This document shows positions 48,825-57,668 of a DNA stretch of 64,000 nt, one piece after another. The stretch is from Rhizomicrobium sp. (lineage in GTDB: Bacteria; Pseudomonadota; Alphaproteobacteria; Micropepsales; Micropepsaceae), in the NCBI GenBank assembly GCA_036495845.1, contig DASXMF010000061.1:12299-76298 (forward strand), written 5' to 3'. The notes beneath the pieces were generated by a model. That model ran no database searches, was not told the DNA's origin, and worked only from the letters and a program-made list of their open reading frames with translations. Numbering within the stretch: the first letter of the stretch is position 1; each line of letters opens with the position of its first letter. The position numbers were made by a program, and so were the translations under genes.

Positions 48825-49355
48825 ATGAAGCGCATACTCGCCTTGGCCGCGGTGGCAGCGGCAACGGCCTTAACCAGCGTGTCGGCCTATGCGGCCTGCG
48901 CAAGTTCGCAATCTGTGGACTTGCGTGCGATTCGCCAGATGCCCCAGATCGCTCTGCCGGCACCGGCGGGAATCGTCCATCACGGGAATGCCAGCGACAA
49001 CATCGTCGGAACCTGGCTTGCCACTTATACGGTCGAGGGCAATCCGTTCGGACAGGCCTACATTCAGTGGCACAGCGACGGCACGGAATGGGAGAACATC
49101 AACTTGCCGATCAATGGCGGCAATATCTGCATGGGCGCCTGGAAGGCCGTCGACCTGAAGCACGTCTCCCGCAACCATTGGGGCTGGCTCTACACAAACG
49201 GCACGGTGTCCGGCTACTTCAACGAGACGGAGACCGACAGGGTCACCCGCAGCGGCACCTATGCCGGCACCAACGAGCAAAAGGGCTACGATCTCAGCGG
49301 AAACCTGATGTTCGACGTCACGGGGACATCTTCCGCCGTACTTATTTCACCCTGA
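48825..49355 (+). CDS. secreted beta-rich hypothetical protein
   Basis: AGGGAG RBS; signal peptide; IVGTW..WHSDGTEWEN..CMGAW. Confidence 0.75.
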   Translation: MKRILALAAVAAATALTSVSAYAACASSQSVDLRAIRQMPQIALPAPAGIVHHGNASDNIVGTWLATYTVEGNPFGQAYIQWHSDGTEWENINLPINGGNICMGAWKAVDLKHVSRNHWGWLYTNGTVSGYFNETETDRVTRSGTYAGTNEQKGYDLSGNLMFDVTGTSSAVLISP

Positions 49356-49432
49356 ATGATTTCCACTCCGTCATGGCCGCCCTCACGGGTGGCCATGACG
49401 GGATTTTTCGATTTCATCGCAGCCCGCGACGA

Positions 49433-49464
49433 GGTAGTGGGTCATTTCAAACCGACCCACTACC
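49433..49464. repeat. back-to-back IS1-like end motif (collapsed element)
   Basis: GGTAGTGGGTC-N10-GACCCACTACC. One arm matches the IR at 50496 at 13/18 and overlaps the vapC stop codon. Confidence 0.6.
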
Positions 49465-49834
49465 CGCGATGAGCTTTCATCGCCAGGCCAAGCTCTTCGG
49501 CTACACGATGAAGCCTGCTGTCCTTCGTCCACAACTCTGCACCAGCCGTCAGCCGAGCGGCTGCAAGCAAGTGGACATCGACGTAACCGATGCCGCGGCC
49601 AAAGAGTGTTTGGCCATCGATAAATTGAAGGACCTCCGACGCCGTTGCGATATTGGCTTGCGGCAAATCCGACAGTGCGACGAGAACGGTTTGGCGCCGA
49701 CGGATATGGCCCAATGCGAGTTCGCCGATGACAAAGGGATGCGTCAATACAGATCCGGCGTTGAGCAGTGCGGCGAGTAAAGCGTTGCCCGTGCGCAGAT
49801 GATCGACCCAAACCGAAGTATCGACGAGGATCAA
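49460..49834 (-). CDS. vapC: VapC PIN-domain toxin
   Basis: ILVDTSVWVDHLR; VIGELALG; GIGYVDVHLLA; LWTKDSRL. Confidence 0.93.
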   Translation of the reverse strand: MILVDTSVWVDHLRTGNALLAALLNAGSVLTHPFVIGELALGHIRRRQTVLVALSDLPQANIATASEVLQFIDGQTLFGRGIGYVDVHLLAAARLTAGAELWTKDSRLHRVAEELGLAMKAHRG

Positions 49835-50028
49835 GCGTGTTTTGGCCGTCGCCTGGGTGGCGACTTTGCATCAGGCTCGCTGCCGCCCAGGCGAGCCAGC
49901 CGTCGTGCGCTCTCCCGTTCGATGAGCGCTTTGAGCGCCTCGCGAACGAGGCCGGATTTCTCCTTCAGCCCCGTAAAGGCTTGAGCTTTCGCAACAAGTT
50001 CATCGTCCAGCGCCAAAGTGGTGCGCAT
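49831..50028 (-). CDS. vapB: VapB antitoxin
   Basis: MRTTLALDDELV..VREALKALIERESARRLARLGGSEP; overlaps vapC; upstream CATCA-tt-TGATG palindrome. Confidence 0.9.
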   Translation of the reverse strand: MRTTLALDDELVAKAQAFTGLKEKSGLVREALKALIERESARRLARLGGSEPDAKSPPRRRPKHA

Positions 50029-50153
50029 TGTCCGAGCCTCCATCAGGCATCAGAATAGCATCATTTGATGTCCATTTCAATGCCACAACCACCGAGCAGT
50101 TTCTTAAGCTTGCGCGGATTTCGTCATCGTTCGTGACGGCGCCGCAGCGCGCT

Positions 50154-50417
50154 TCAGGCAGATTGGTCCCCCGGCTGGATTGCGCTCTCGGTGATGCGCA
50201 CATGGGCGTCGGTGATATGGAACCCGCATTTTTCGATGTCATCCAGACACTCGGCGGCGTTCACACCCGGGACGGGTGCCCCATCCCGGCTCAACTCGAT
50301 CGTCTTGAACACAGTCCAGGGAGCAAATCTGGACGGCAAATTTTCCCCCGTCGCGACGCCCGTGAAGCCAAACACGCGTCCGGGACCTCTGAAGACATAA
50401 ACCTGCATCGTCACCAT
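50154..50417 (-). CDS. small conserved hypothetical protein
   Basis: GGAG RBS; VYVFRG..FGFT..GENLPSRFAPW..FKTIEL..CLDDIEKCGFHIT. Confidence 0.65.
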   Translation of the reverse strand: MVTMQVYVFRGPGRVFGFTGVATGENLPSRFAPWTVFKTIELSRDGAPVPGVNAAECLDDIEKCGFHITDAHVRITESAIQPGDQSA

Positions 50418-50564
50418 TCTCCTGCATTGCGTTAGCCGCTCATCGAGACTTCTTTACGAGGCATATCCCCGTTTGAGCAACTTGCCTCGAATGCGGGTAG
50501 TGTCCTGATTTGATTTTGGCGGCTTTCTGAATCCACCAATCACCGAAAGCGCGCCGATCCCCGC

Positions 50565-50765
50565 ATGTCCATGCGCCGGTTCACTCGCCTTGCCAATGGC
50601 TTTAGCAAGAAGGTCGAGAACTTTCTTGCGGCGGTGTCCTTGCACTTCGCGCACTACAATTTCGCGCGCCTGCACAAGAGCCTGCGGATCACCCCTGCCA
50701 TGGCGGCAGGTGTGTCTGATAGGATGTGGTCGCTCGAGGAGTTGGTCGAGCAGACCAGCATATAG
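50565..50765 (+). pseudogene. IS1-family transposase C-terminal remnant
   Basis: MRRFTRLANGFSKKVEN..AAVSLHFAHYNFARLHKSLRITPAMAAGVSDRMWSLEELV. Confidence 0.8.
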
Positions 50766-50774
50766 GACCGCACG

Positions 50775-51065
50775 ATGGGCGAAAGTTTTTCTGTTCCAAG
50801 GGTCAATGTCGTCTCAAGCGACCGGGGCTATTCTGTGGAAGTCCTTGGCCGCGTCGGTATTGAATACCGGGAAGGAGACAAATCTGTCTTCGTCGATTCC
50901 GAAGTATTGACGGCCGGGCATGGAATTATGGTTATTCGCCGCTCGATCAGGTCATGGAAACCGCCGCACGAAAAGGAGGAAATGACGGAAGAACAAAAAA
51001 ACCGCATTGTTGAAAATATTCGGCGGGCAATAGGATTTAGGGGCGAGCCAATCGAAGTTGTTTGA
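50775..51065 (+). CDS. Imm74-like immunity protein
   Basis: FSVPRVNVVSSDRGYSVEVLGRVGIEYREGDKSVFVDSE..SIRSWKPPHE..IVENIRRA; AT-richer. Confidence 0.65.
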   Translation: MGESFSVPRVNVVSSDRGYSVEVLGRVGIEYREGDKSVFVDSEVLTAGHGIMVIRRSIRSWKPPHEKEEMTEEQKNRIVENIRRAIGFRGEPIEVV

Positions 51066-51202
51066 AGGCACTCCAAGAATTCTAATCGGGACACTACCAT
51101 GATTTGCAGGATGCAACATGCAGAGTGACCATCGCTTTCGACTTGGTCTGGGCGTTTAACGTCCAGGCAGGGCGCAGATGTTTCGCCCGCACGAGCGAGA
51201 AA

Positions 51203-53500
51203 ATGACCGCCGAATTGAAAATCGCGCCGCGGGGGATGGCTTCGCCGACCTGGACGTCCAGCGCCAAGGACATGGTGACGACCGCGCTCGGCACGAGCCG
51301 CGTCTGGGTGACGCTCGGCTATGGGATCGTGAACGAGATCTACTGGCCGGCGACGGGCACGCCGCAAATCCGCGATTTGGGTTTCATTGTTTTTGGCCCG
51401 AAGGGCTGGAACGAGGTCAAGCGGGTCGCGCGGTACACCATCACCACGCCAGACCATCACATCCCTCTGCCGCAGATCGTGCATGAGCATCCGGATTACC
51501 GGCTGGAGCTCGAGCTGGTGCCCGACCCGGATCGCGATGTGGTGCAGATTTCATTCCGTCTTCACGGCGACAATCTGCGTCTCTACGCATTGCTCGCGCC
51601 GCATCTCGGCAACAGCGGCACGCACAACAATGCCTGCGCGGGCCGGGAACTTTACGCCTGGTCGAGTGTCCCCACGCTGTGCCTCGCGAGCGATTGCGGT
51701 TTCTCGCGCTCGAGCGCAGGTCATGTCGGCGTTTCGGACGGCTGGCAGGATTTCGCGCAGAACGGCCGGATGACCTGGACCTACAACGCGGCGCTCGACG
51801 GCAACGTCGCATTGATGGGCGAACTCGCAGCGAATCAGGGAACGCTTGCCCTTGGTTTCTCCGCCTCGCGGGAGGGCGCGCGCACGCTCGCGCGCTCGAG
51901 CCTCAGTGTCGGATTTGCCCGCGTCCGCGCCTGTTTCGTCGAGGACTGGCAGGAATGGGGGAAAATGCTGAAAGTTCCGGCGGCAACGCCCGCCGTGGAA
52001 CGGGAAGCACATATTTCCGCGGCCGTTCTCAAGGTGCACGAAGATCGCGCCTTTCCGGGCTCGATCGTCGCCAGTCTTAGCGTGCCCTGGGGCAATTCGA
52101 GCGACAGCTCGGGCGGTTATCACCTGGTGTGGCCGCGCGATTGCGTCAAATCCGGCTTTGCGCTGATCGCTGCGGGTCAGATCGAGGATGCGCGCCGCAT
52201 GCTGTCCTGGCTTGTCGCCACCCAGAAGCCGGATGGCACCTGGTGGCAAAACAGCTTTCCGGACGGGCGGCCGTTCTGGACCGGCATTCAGCTCGATGAG
52301 GTCGCGTTTCCGGTTCTGCTTGCCGCCCGGCTGCGAGAAGAAAACGCGCTCGACGGCATTGGCGGCGTTGCGAACATGATCTTCCGGGCCGCGGGCTACA
52401 TCGCCGCCAACGGACCCATCACCAGCCAGGATCGCTGGGAAGAAAATGCGGGCCTGAGCCCTTTCACCATTGCAGTTATCATCGCGGCTATGATTGCCGC
52501 TTCCGAATTCGTCGATGACGAGAGTGCCAATTACCTGCATTCGCTCGTCGATTGCTGGAACGAACGGATCGAGGAGTGGACGTATGTTGAGGGCGGGCCG
52601 CTCGCGAAAATTCATGGCGTTGATGGCTATTACATTCGCATCGGGCCAACGGCCGCGGAAGGCGGCCTTCAGGGCTCGATCGAATTGCGCAATCGCGACG
52701 GCGTGCGCGTTCCCGCCGCCGCGTTGGTCGGGCTGGAATTCTTGGCACTCGTCCGCATTGGTCTGCGAAGCCCGAAGGATCCCCGTGTGCGGAACACGAT
52801 TGCCGTGACAGATGCGCTGCTCAAGGTGGAGACGCCGTGCGGCACGGCGTATCGCCGCTATAACGGGGACGGCTATGGCGAGCACGCCGATGGAAGCCCG
52901 TACGATGGTACGGGCATTGGCCGTGCCTGGCCGCTGCTCGCGGCCGAGCGCGGCGAGTACGAACTCATGCTGGGCCACGACCCGCTTCCGTGGCTGGAAA
53001 TGTTGACGCGCATGACGGGACCTGCGGGCCTCATTCCCGAACAGGTCTGGGATGCGCCAGATCTGCCGGCACGCGGACTTTGGACGGGAAAGCCCACGGG
53101 CAGCGCCATGCCGCTCGTCTGGGCGCATTCCGAATTTCTCAAGCTGGTTTATGCGCGCGAACGCCGGCGGCCGCTCGAATTCCTGAAATGCGTTGAAACC
53201 TATCTCAGGCAGGACAGCGCGAAACGCCGGGCCTGGCATTGGCGGCCCGATACGCCGTTCGAGGTGCTGCCGCAGGGCCACGATCTGCTCGTCGACTTGC
53301 CGGCCGCCTTCATGCTGCATCTCGGTTTCGACGGATGGCAGCAGGTCGGCGACAAGCTCTCGGTCCGGCTGCCTTTCGGCCGTCACGGTGTGCGCCTCAC
53401 GCCAGAAGATTTCGCCCGCCGGGAAATCGTCAATTTTACATTCTATTTTCCCGATCAGGACCGCTGGGAAGGCCGCGATTATCACGTGCGCATTGCGTGA
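51203..53500 (+). CDS. GH15 glucoamylase / glucodextranase-like enzyme
   Basis: WTSSAKDMV; VASLSVPWG; GGYHLVWPRD; QLDEVAFP; DRWEEN; RYNGDGYGE; IPEQVWD; SAMPLVWAHSEF. Confidence 0.92.
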   Translation: MTAELKIAPRGMASPTWTSSAKDMVTTALGTSRVWVTLGYGIVNEIYWPATGTPQIRDLGFIVFGPKGWNEVKRVARYTITTPDHHIPLPQIVHEHPDYRLELELVPDPDRDVVQISFRLHGDNLRLYALLAPHLGNSGTHNNACAGRELYAWSSVPTLCLASDCGFSRSSAGHVGVSDGWQDFAQNGRMTWTYNAALDGNVALMGELAANQGTLALGFSASREGARTLARSSLSVGFARVRACFVEDWQEWGKMLKVPAATPAVEREAHISAAVLKVHEDRAFPGSIVASLSVPWGNSSDSSGGYHLVWPRDCVKSGFALIAAGQIEDARRMLSWLVATQKPDGTWWQNSFPDGRPFWTGIQLDEVAFPVLLAARLREENALDGIGGVANMIFRAAGYIAANGPITSQDRWEENAGLSPFTIAVIIAAMIAASEFVDDESANYLHSLVDCWNERIEEWTYVEGGPLAKIHGVDGYYIRIGPTAAEGGLQGSIELRNRDGVRVPAAALVGLEFLALVRIGLRSPKDPRVRNTIAVTDALLKVETPCGTAYRRYNGDGYGEHADGSPYDGTGIGRAWPLLAAERGEYELMLGHDPLPWLEMLTRMTGPAGLIPEQVWDAPDLPARGLWTGKPTGSAMPLVWAHSEFLKLVYARERRRPLEFLKCVETYLRQDSAKRRAWHWRPDTPFEVLPQGHDLLVDLPAAFMLHLGFDGWQQVGDKLSVRLPFGRHGVRLTPEDFARREIVNFTFYFPDQDRWEGRDYHVRIA

Positions 53501-53750
53501 GCTGCGCTAGTTGATCCCAAACTTTCGCCACGCGTCGAATCTCGTAACAAATCGGCATTCCGTCCGTCGTTGGACAGACAGCGCTCTTACTGTGAACGGC
53601 GGGCAACGATGCCAGCAGTAGCGCGGAGCGCGTCGGATGCCCACGAAGGATGAAGATCGCACGTCTATGCTACGGCGCTATCGCTGGCGTTCGCTATTTG
53701 CTTTGGCCCGCGGTTTCCGGTAATATTTCCGGAAGAAAGGAAATGCAAGT

Positions 53751-54035
53751 ATGACCGGCAAGGGAAAATCCTCTGTCGCTGTGCACCGCGCACGCAAAGA
53801 GCGCCAGGGCTTCGTGCGCGTCGAGGTCAGCGTCCGCAAGGAAGACGCGAACCTGGTTCGACGTGTCGCCTCGGCCTTGTCCGATCCCTCGCGCCAGAGC
53901 GAGGCACGCAAGATTCTTCGGCGACGTTTTATCGAACCGCCCAGGGTGAGCCTCAAAGCGCTGCTGGCATCCGCGCCGCTTGACGGAATCAGCCTCAACC
54001 GCAGCCACGATCTCGGCCGCGATGTTGATCTATGA
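53751..54035 (+). CDS. putative antitoxin
   Basis: GFVRVEVSV..D..LVR; C-terminal SLKALLASAPLDGISLNR..GRDVDL; overlaps the PIN gene. Confidence 0.75.
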   Translation: MTGKGKSSVAVHRARKERQGFVRVEVSVRKEDANLVRRVASALSDPSRQSEARKILRRRFIEPPRVSLKALLASAPLDGISLNRSHDLGRDVDL

Positions 54036-54460
54036 GCTATCTGATCGATACCAACATCATTTCAGAGGTTCGCAAGGGGGCTCGTTGCGATACCCGCGTG
54101 TCTGCGTGGTACGCTTCGATCGCGGACGAGGACCTCTTTCTGAGCACGCTGGTCCTCGGCGAGATCCGAAAGGGCATTGAACTTGCGCGCCCCAGGGATG
54201 CGGGCAAAGCTGCCGCGCTGGAACGCTGGCTAGGGGAGGTAGAGGCCGCATTCGACGGTCGCGTGCTCGGTATCGACAATGCCGTCTCCGACCGCTGGGG
54301 TCGCATGAACGCCATCAGGCCCGTCCCGGTGATTGACGGCCTTCTCGCTGCAACGGCCTTGAACAACGGCCTGACGCTGGTGACGCGCAACGATCGTCAC
54401 GTGGCCGGCCTGGGGGTGACCGTGCTCAACCCATTCAAGGCGCCGCAAATACACGATTGA
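54032..54460 (+). CDS. vapC: VapC/FitB PIN-domain toxin
   Basis: YLIDTNIISEVRK; LGEIRKGIE; IDGLLAATA; LVTRNDRH; LNPF. Confidence 0.93.
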   Translation: MSYLIDTNIISEVRKGARCDTRVSAWYASIADEDLFLSTLVLGEIRKGIELARPRDAGKAAALERWLGEVEAAFDGRVLGIDNAVSDRWGRMNAIRPVPVIDGLLAATALNNGLTLVTRNDRHVAGLGVTVLNPFKAPQIHD

Positions 54461-54626
54461 TCGTAGCATCGGCGAGTTGCGAATGGCGCAACCTGTCGAC
54501 GCAGAACCGTCATCCCTGTGTCCGGAATTGATCTGGCGGGTCACGAACGACGATGATCAGCACTATGTCTGCGCCACCGCCCTATGATTAAGGCGGCGGC
54601 GCGGAAACGTCATCGAAGGGGCGGGT

Positions 54627-55460
54627 ATGGACACTTACATCGGCTTTGATTCCGCTTGGGTGGATAACCCGAAAGCTCCCGGCGCTATCTGCGCCGTCGG
54701 CATCGAGAACGGTCACTCTGCAAAGTTCCATGCTCCGCAGTTGGCGTCTTTCGATCAGGCGCGCGCGTTCGTCGAGAAGATTCGCTCGGAAACCGGCGTC
54801 ACGCTAATCGCGCTCGATCAGCCGACCGTGGTTACTAATTTGACCGGCATGCGGCCGGTAGAGCGGGTCGCCGCTTCTCTTGTGAGTTGGCTTGGCGGGG
54901 GCGTACAGCCGTCCAATCGAGGAAGGCGGGGCATGTTCTGTGATTCCTCGCCAATCTGGCCTTTCCTGATGGCGCTGGGAGCCGAGGAGAGTCCTGAGCA
55001 GGCTCGCGTGGCGGCCAAAGGGCTGTACCTGATTGAGGTCTTTCCGGCTATTGCGCTTGCGTCACTCGACATGGGCTTCTTCGGACGACTGAGTGCGCCC
55101 AGATACAATCCAGATCGTAAGAAGACCTTTCGCATTGGCGATTGGGTCCGTGTGGCAGAGGCTGCTGCGCGAAAATCCCACGAACTGGGCTGCAAGGAAT
55201 TAGCGGAATGGTGTCACGCCGCCGGAAGCAACACTCAGCCGCGGAAGGCAGATCAGGATAAGCTGGACTCTGTCTTGTGCTTGTTGATCGCACTTCATTG
55301 GCGGCTACACCCTCGTGAGGCGTCTTTGCTTCTCGGCGACTTGACGACTGGATATATGGTTCTTCCAGCGAGCCAGGAGGTACGTGACTATCTCTGCATT
55401 TCAGCTCGAAAATGTTCGGTGGCGATAGACGGCGGAGTTCCGCCGGTCGTTGTCGGATAA
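54627..55460 (+). CDS. DUF429 protein (RNase H-like predicted nuclease)
   Basis: YIGFDSAW; IALDQPTVV.N.TGMRPVER; LIEVFPA; DKLDSVLC; GDLTTGYMV. Confidence 0.8.
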   Translation: MDTYIGFDSAWVDNPKAPGAICAVGIENGHSAKFHAPQLASFDQARAFVEKIRSETGVTLIALDQPTVVTNLTGMRPVERVAASLVSWLGGGVQPSNRGRRGMFCDSSPIWPFLMALGAEESPEQARVAAKGLYLIEVFPAIALASLDMGFFGRLSAPRYNPDRKKTFRIGDWVRVAEAAARKSHELGCKELAEWCHAAGSNTQPRKADQDKLDSVLCLLIALHWRLHPREASLLLGDLTTGYMVLPASQEVRDYLCISARKCSVAIDGGVPPVVVG

Positions 55461-55482
55461 TCCAGCGCGCCGTAGTGTAGAT

Positions 55483-55572
55483 TGGCGGACAGGGTGGGAT
55501 TCGAACCCACGATACGGTTGCCCGTATGCCGCATTTCGAGTGCGGTGCTTTCAACCGCTCAGCCACCTGTCC
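55483..55572 (-). tRNA. tRNA-Ser(CGA)
   Basis: GGACAGG...CCTGTCC-G-CCA; anticodon arm ccgca-ctCGAaa-tgcgg; long variable arm; GGTTCGAATCC. Confidence 0.97.
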
Positions 55573-55935
55573 GCGTAGCGAAATCAAATACTTAACGTGG
55601 GTCGGAAGTGCAAGCGGAGAGGCGTTGCCACTTAATTGCCACTTATCGCGGCTGCAACTGTGCTTGCGTCGTCCGCTTGTTTCCCGAGAACGTCTGCCCA
55701 AATCCTAACGTCAAACGCGCATTCGACCGCAATCTTGACGTCGACGGGTTGCCATTCGTCATCCAAACCAAGCGTGCAGGACCATTTTGACGCTTCCTAT
55801 GTTTGACCATCCCACAAGCTTCGAATGGTCCGCCCCGCATCCCTCGCTCAAGTAGGATACTCATTCCTGACCCGATCGGGAACCTGACCTTGGGGATCGG
55901 TTGCTACGGCGATAATCCACTTCACAAAAATTGCG

Positions 55936-56262
55936 CTAGCTGTTGGGCGGCGCACATCTGTCCGGTGACCGTGGCGGCTTATTCTTCCCAAAGGCTATCC
56001 CGATTGGGAACCAGACGTTGCGGACAGGATCGCTCGGCTTTTTGGGTGCCCATGTCAGGGTCTTCGCATAGGCAAGAATCGCGCGGTCATCGTTTTCATT
56101 GCCGCTCGACTTGATGATGAAGGCCCCCGTGACGGTCCCGGGATCATCCATCTTGATGCACAGAATTGCCCCCGGAGAAATGAGGAGAGACGCGGGCACG
56201 TCGGATAACGCGGGGATCGTGAACAAGAGTATCAGGCACGCCCCAATTGCCCAACGGATCAT
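55936..56262 (-). CDS. small secreted protein, TonB C-terminal-like
   Basis: Signal peptide; GTVTGAFIIKSSGNENDDRAILAYAK...WAP. Confidence 0.55.
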   Translation of the reverse strand: MIRWAIGACLILLFTIPALSDVPASLLISPGAILCIKMDDPGTVTGAFIIKSSGNENDDRAILAYAKTLTWAPKKPSDPVRNVWFPIGIAFGKNKPPRSPDRCAPPNS

Positions 56263-56528
56263 TTCGCCCGCGCCTTAGGGGTGAACGCGAACGAAATCTC
56301 CGACTCGGAATCTCTGCGCGATCCAGATTGCTGCCGAACAACTCTCACCAGCGCTTCCTTGGCTTCGTCAATTGCAACGTGAAGAGCGTCGTATTCCTTC
56401 CGGAGCGTTGCATCGACTAAGAGCGTGGACGTTTTTTCGGTTGGTCTGAATTCGGGATCATAGTGTCCGACAACCAGTAGACGTTCGCCGCTGATATCCC
56501 CTGATTCGGAAATATGGCACCATCGCAC
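56259..56528 (-). pseudogene. fragment of a larger coiled-coil protein (possibly a defence-type ATPase)
   Basis: PTEKTSTLLVD..LRKEYDALH..IDEAKEALV...SG looks like an internal segment; the ends are not convincing. Confidence 0.35.
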
Positions 56529-56734
56529 TTGGTTCGTCTATGACGAGCGGACGTTTGGAAAAGCCAGAAAGATGATGGCCAGAGCAGTTAAGTTGGCGCA
56601 TAAAGACGATATGTCCATGAGCGCCACCGAGTTCGACCGGATCATGGGAAGGCGCTTCGGGTGAAGCCGGAGGACGGCAAGCCCAAAAGCCGCGCCAAGG
56701 CGAAATCGAAGGCTAAGAAGCGGGAGGCACGGAA

Positions 56735-56983
56735 GTGAGTTCGCGGCAAATTTTCGCGACCGTCTTGGCTGCCGCGATGCTGACGGCTGCTGCGCCGCCA
56801 AATTGGCCCCAAATCGTGGTCAAAGTGTCTGCGGACGGTTCGATCAGTATCACGAAGAACGGCAAACGGATCACGTGCCGACAACTGCGAGCTTTATTCC
56901 GAAAGCCGGGGGATTCGCGGAGCGCGGTCCTTAACTGCAAGGCCCTCCGGGACGACGCGGCTAAGATCAGCCTTCACCACTAG
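56735..56983 (+). CDS. small secreted protein, weakly ExbD-periplasmic-like
   Basis: GGAGG RBS; signal peptide; IVVKVSADGSISI..NGKRITCRQLRALF. Confidence 0.5.
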   Translation: MSSRQIFATVLAAAMLTAAAPPNWPQIVVKVSADGSISITKNGKRITCRQLRALFRKPGDSRSAVLNCKALRDDAAKISLHH

Positions 56984-57023
56984 ATTTTGACATGGTATTG
57001 CGAAGCGCATAATCGCCCATTAA

Positions 57024-57041
57024 TGTGTGTGATAACACACA
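57024..57041. promoter_or_regulatory. palindromic operator upstream of hicB
   Basis: TGTGTGT-gata-ACACACA. Confidence 0.6.
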
Positions 57042-57068
57042 CTCCGCAAGCTCACAAACAGGGCAACG

Positions 57069-57560
57069 ATGCAGCGGTTCTATCCGGCGGTGCTCGAGCG
57101 CGGAGCGAAACACGCCTTCGGCGTCTGGTTTCCGGATTTTCCGCGCTGCGTTGCGGGCGGAACCTCGCAGGAGCAGGCGATGGCGCGCGCGCAGGACGCG
57201 CTGGCGCGCGCCGTCGAATCGCTTGCGGAGCAGGAGAGGGCGCTGCCCGAGCCCACGCCGTTCGAGCGCATCGCCATCCCGAAAGATTGCGACTTCGTCG
57301 CCTTCTTTGCCGTCGGCGCGGAGCCGCCCGATCCCTCGGAGCGCGTGAACATCTATCTCTCGAAAAGCCTGATCGCACGCGCCGACCGGCGGGCGGCGGA
57401 ACTCGGCATGAGCCGGTCGAGCTTTTTCGGATATGCCATAACTGCAGTGATGACGGCTTCGCCGATTACCGGCCTCAGCCACCTCGCGCCATCCCCCTCG
57501 CTCGCGCGCGCCATGCGCGCGCAGGCGCCGCGCCGGAAGCCGCGCGCCGCGAAGGCCTGA
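57069..57560 (+). CDS. hicB: HicB-family antitoxin with RHH domain; no adjacent hicA
   Basis: YPAVLE...FGVWFPDFPRCVAGG..EQAMARAQDAL; RVNIYLSKSLIARAD..GMSRSSF. Confidence 0.85.
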   Translation: MQRFYPAVLERGAKHAFGVWFPDFPRCVAGGTSQEQAMARAQDALARAVESLAEQERALPEPTPFERIAIPKDCDFVAFFAVGAEPPDPSERVNIYLSKSLIARADRRAAELGMSRSSFFGYAITAVMTASPITGLSHLAPSPSLARAMRAQAPRRKPRAAKA

Positions 57561-57668
57561 CCGCGGTCCCCAAGGCCGCATACACGGAATTGGGAATGAC
57601 AAAGGCCAAGCCCGTCGCCTAGTCTCCGGTCCGCGCGGGGAGCGCGCGCCCAGCCCAAGGGGACCACC

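Larger units (their letters stand above)
50496..51098 (+). mobile_element. non-autonomous IS1-family-like mini element with a cargo gene
   Basis: Left IR GGTAGTGTCCTGATTTGA (50496-50513); right IR, reverse-complemented, GGTAGTGTCCCGATTAGA (51081-51098); 16/18 identical. Confidence 0.75.
55908..57017. mobile_element. putative non-autonomous IS1595-like element with small cargo ORFs
   Basis: Left IR GGCGATAATCCACTTCACAA (55908-55927); right IR, reverse-complemented, GGCGATTATGCGCTTCGCAA (56998-57017); 16/20 identical; no transposase. Confidence 0.55.

Noticed and set aside
51551-53485. 644-aa antisense ORF and similar long antisense ORFs elsewhere
   Set aside because: Mirror frames of high-GC genes with no recognisable motifs.
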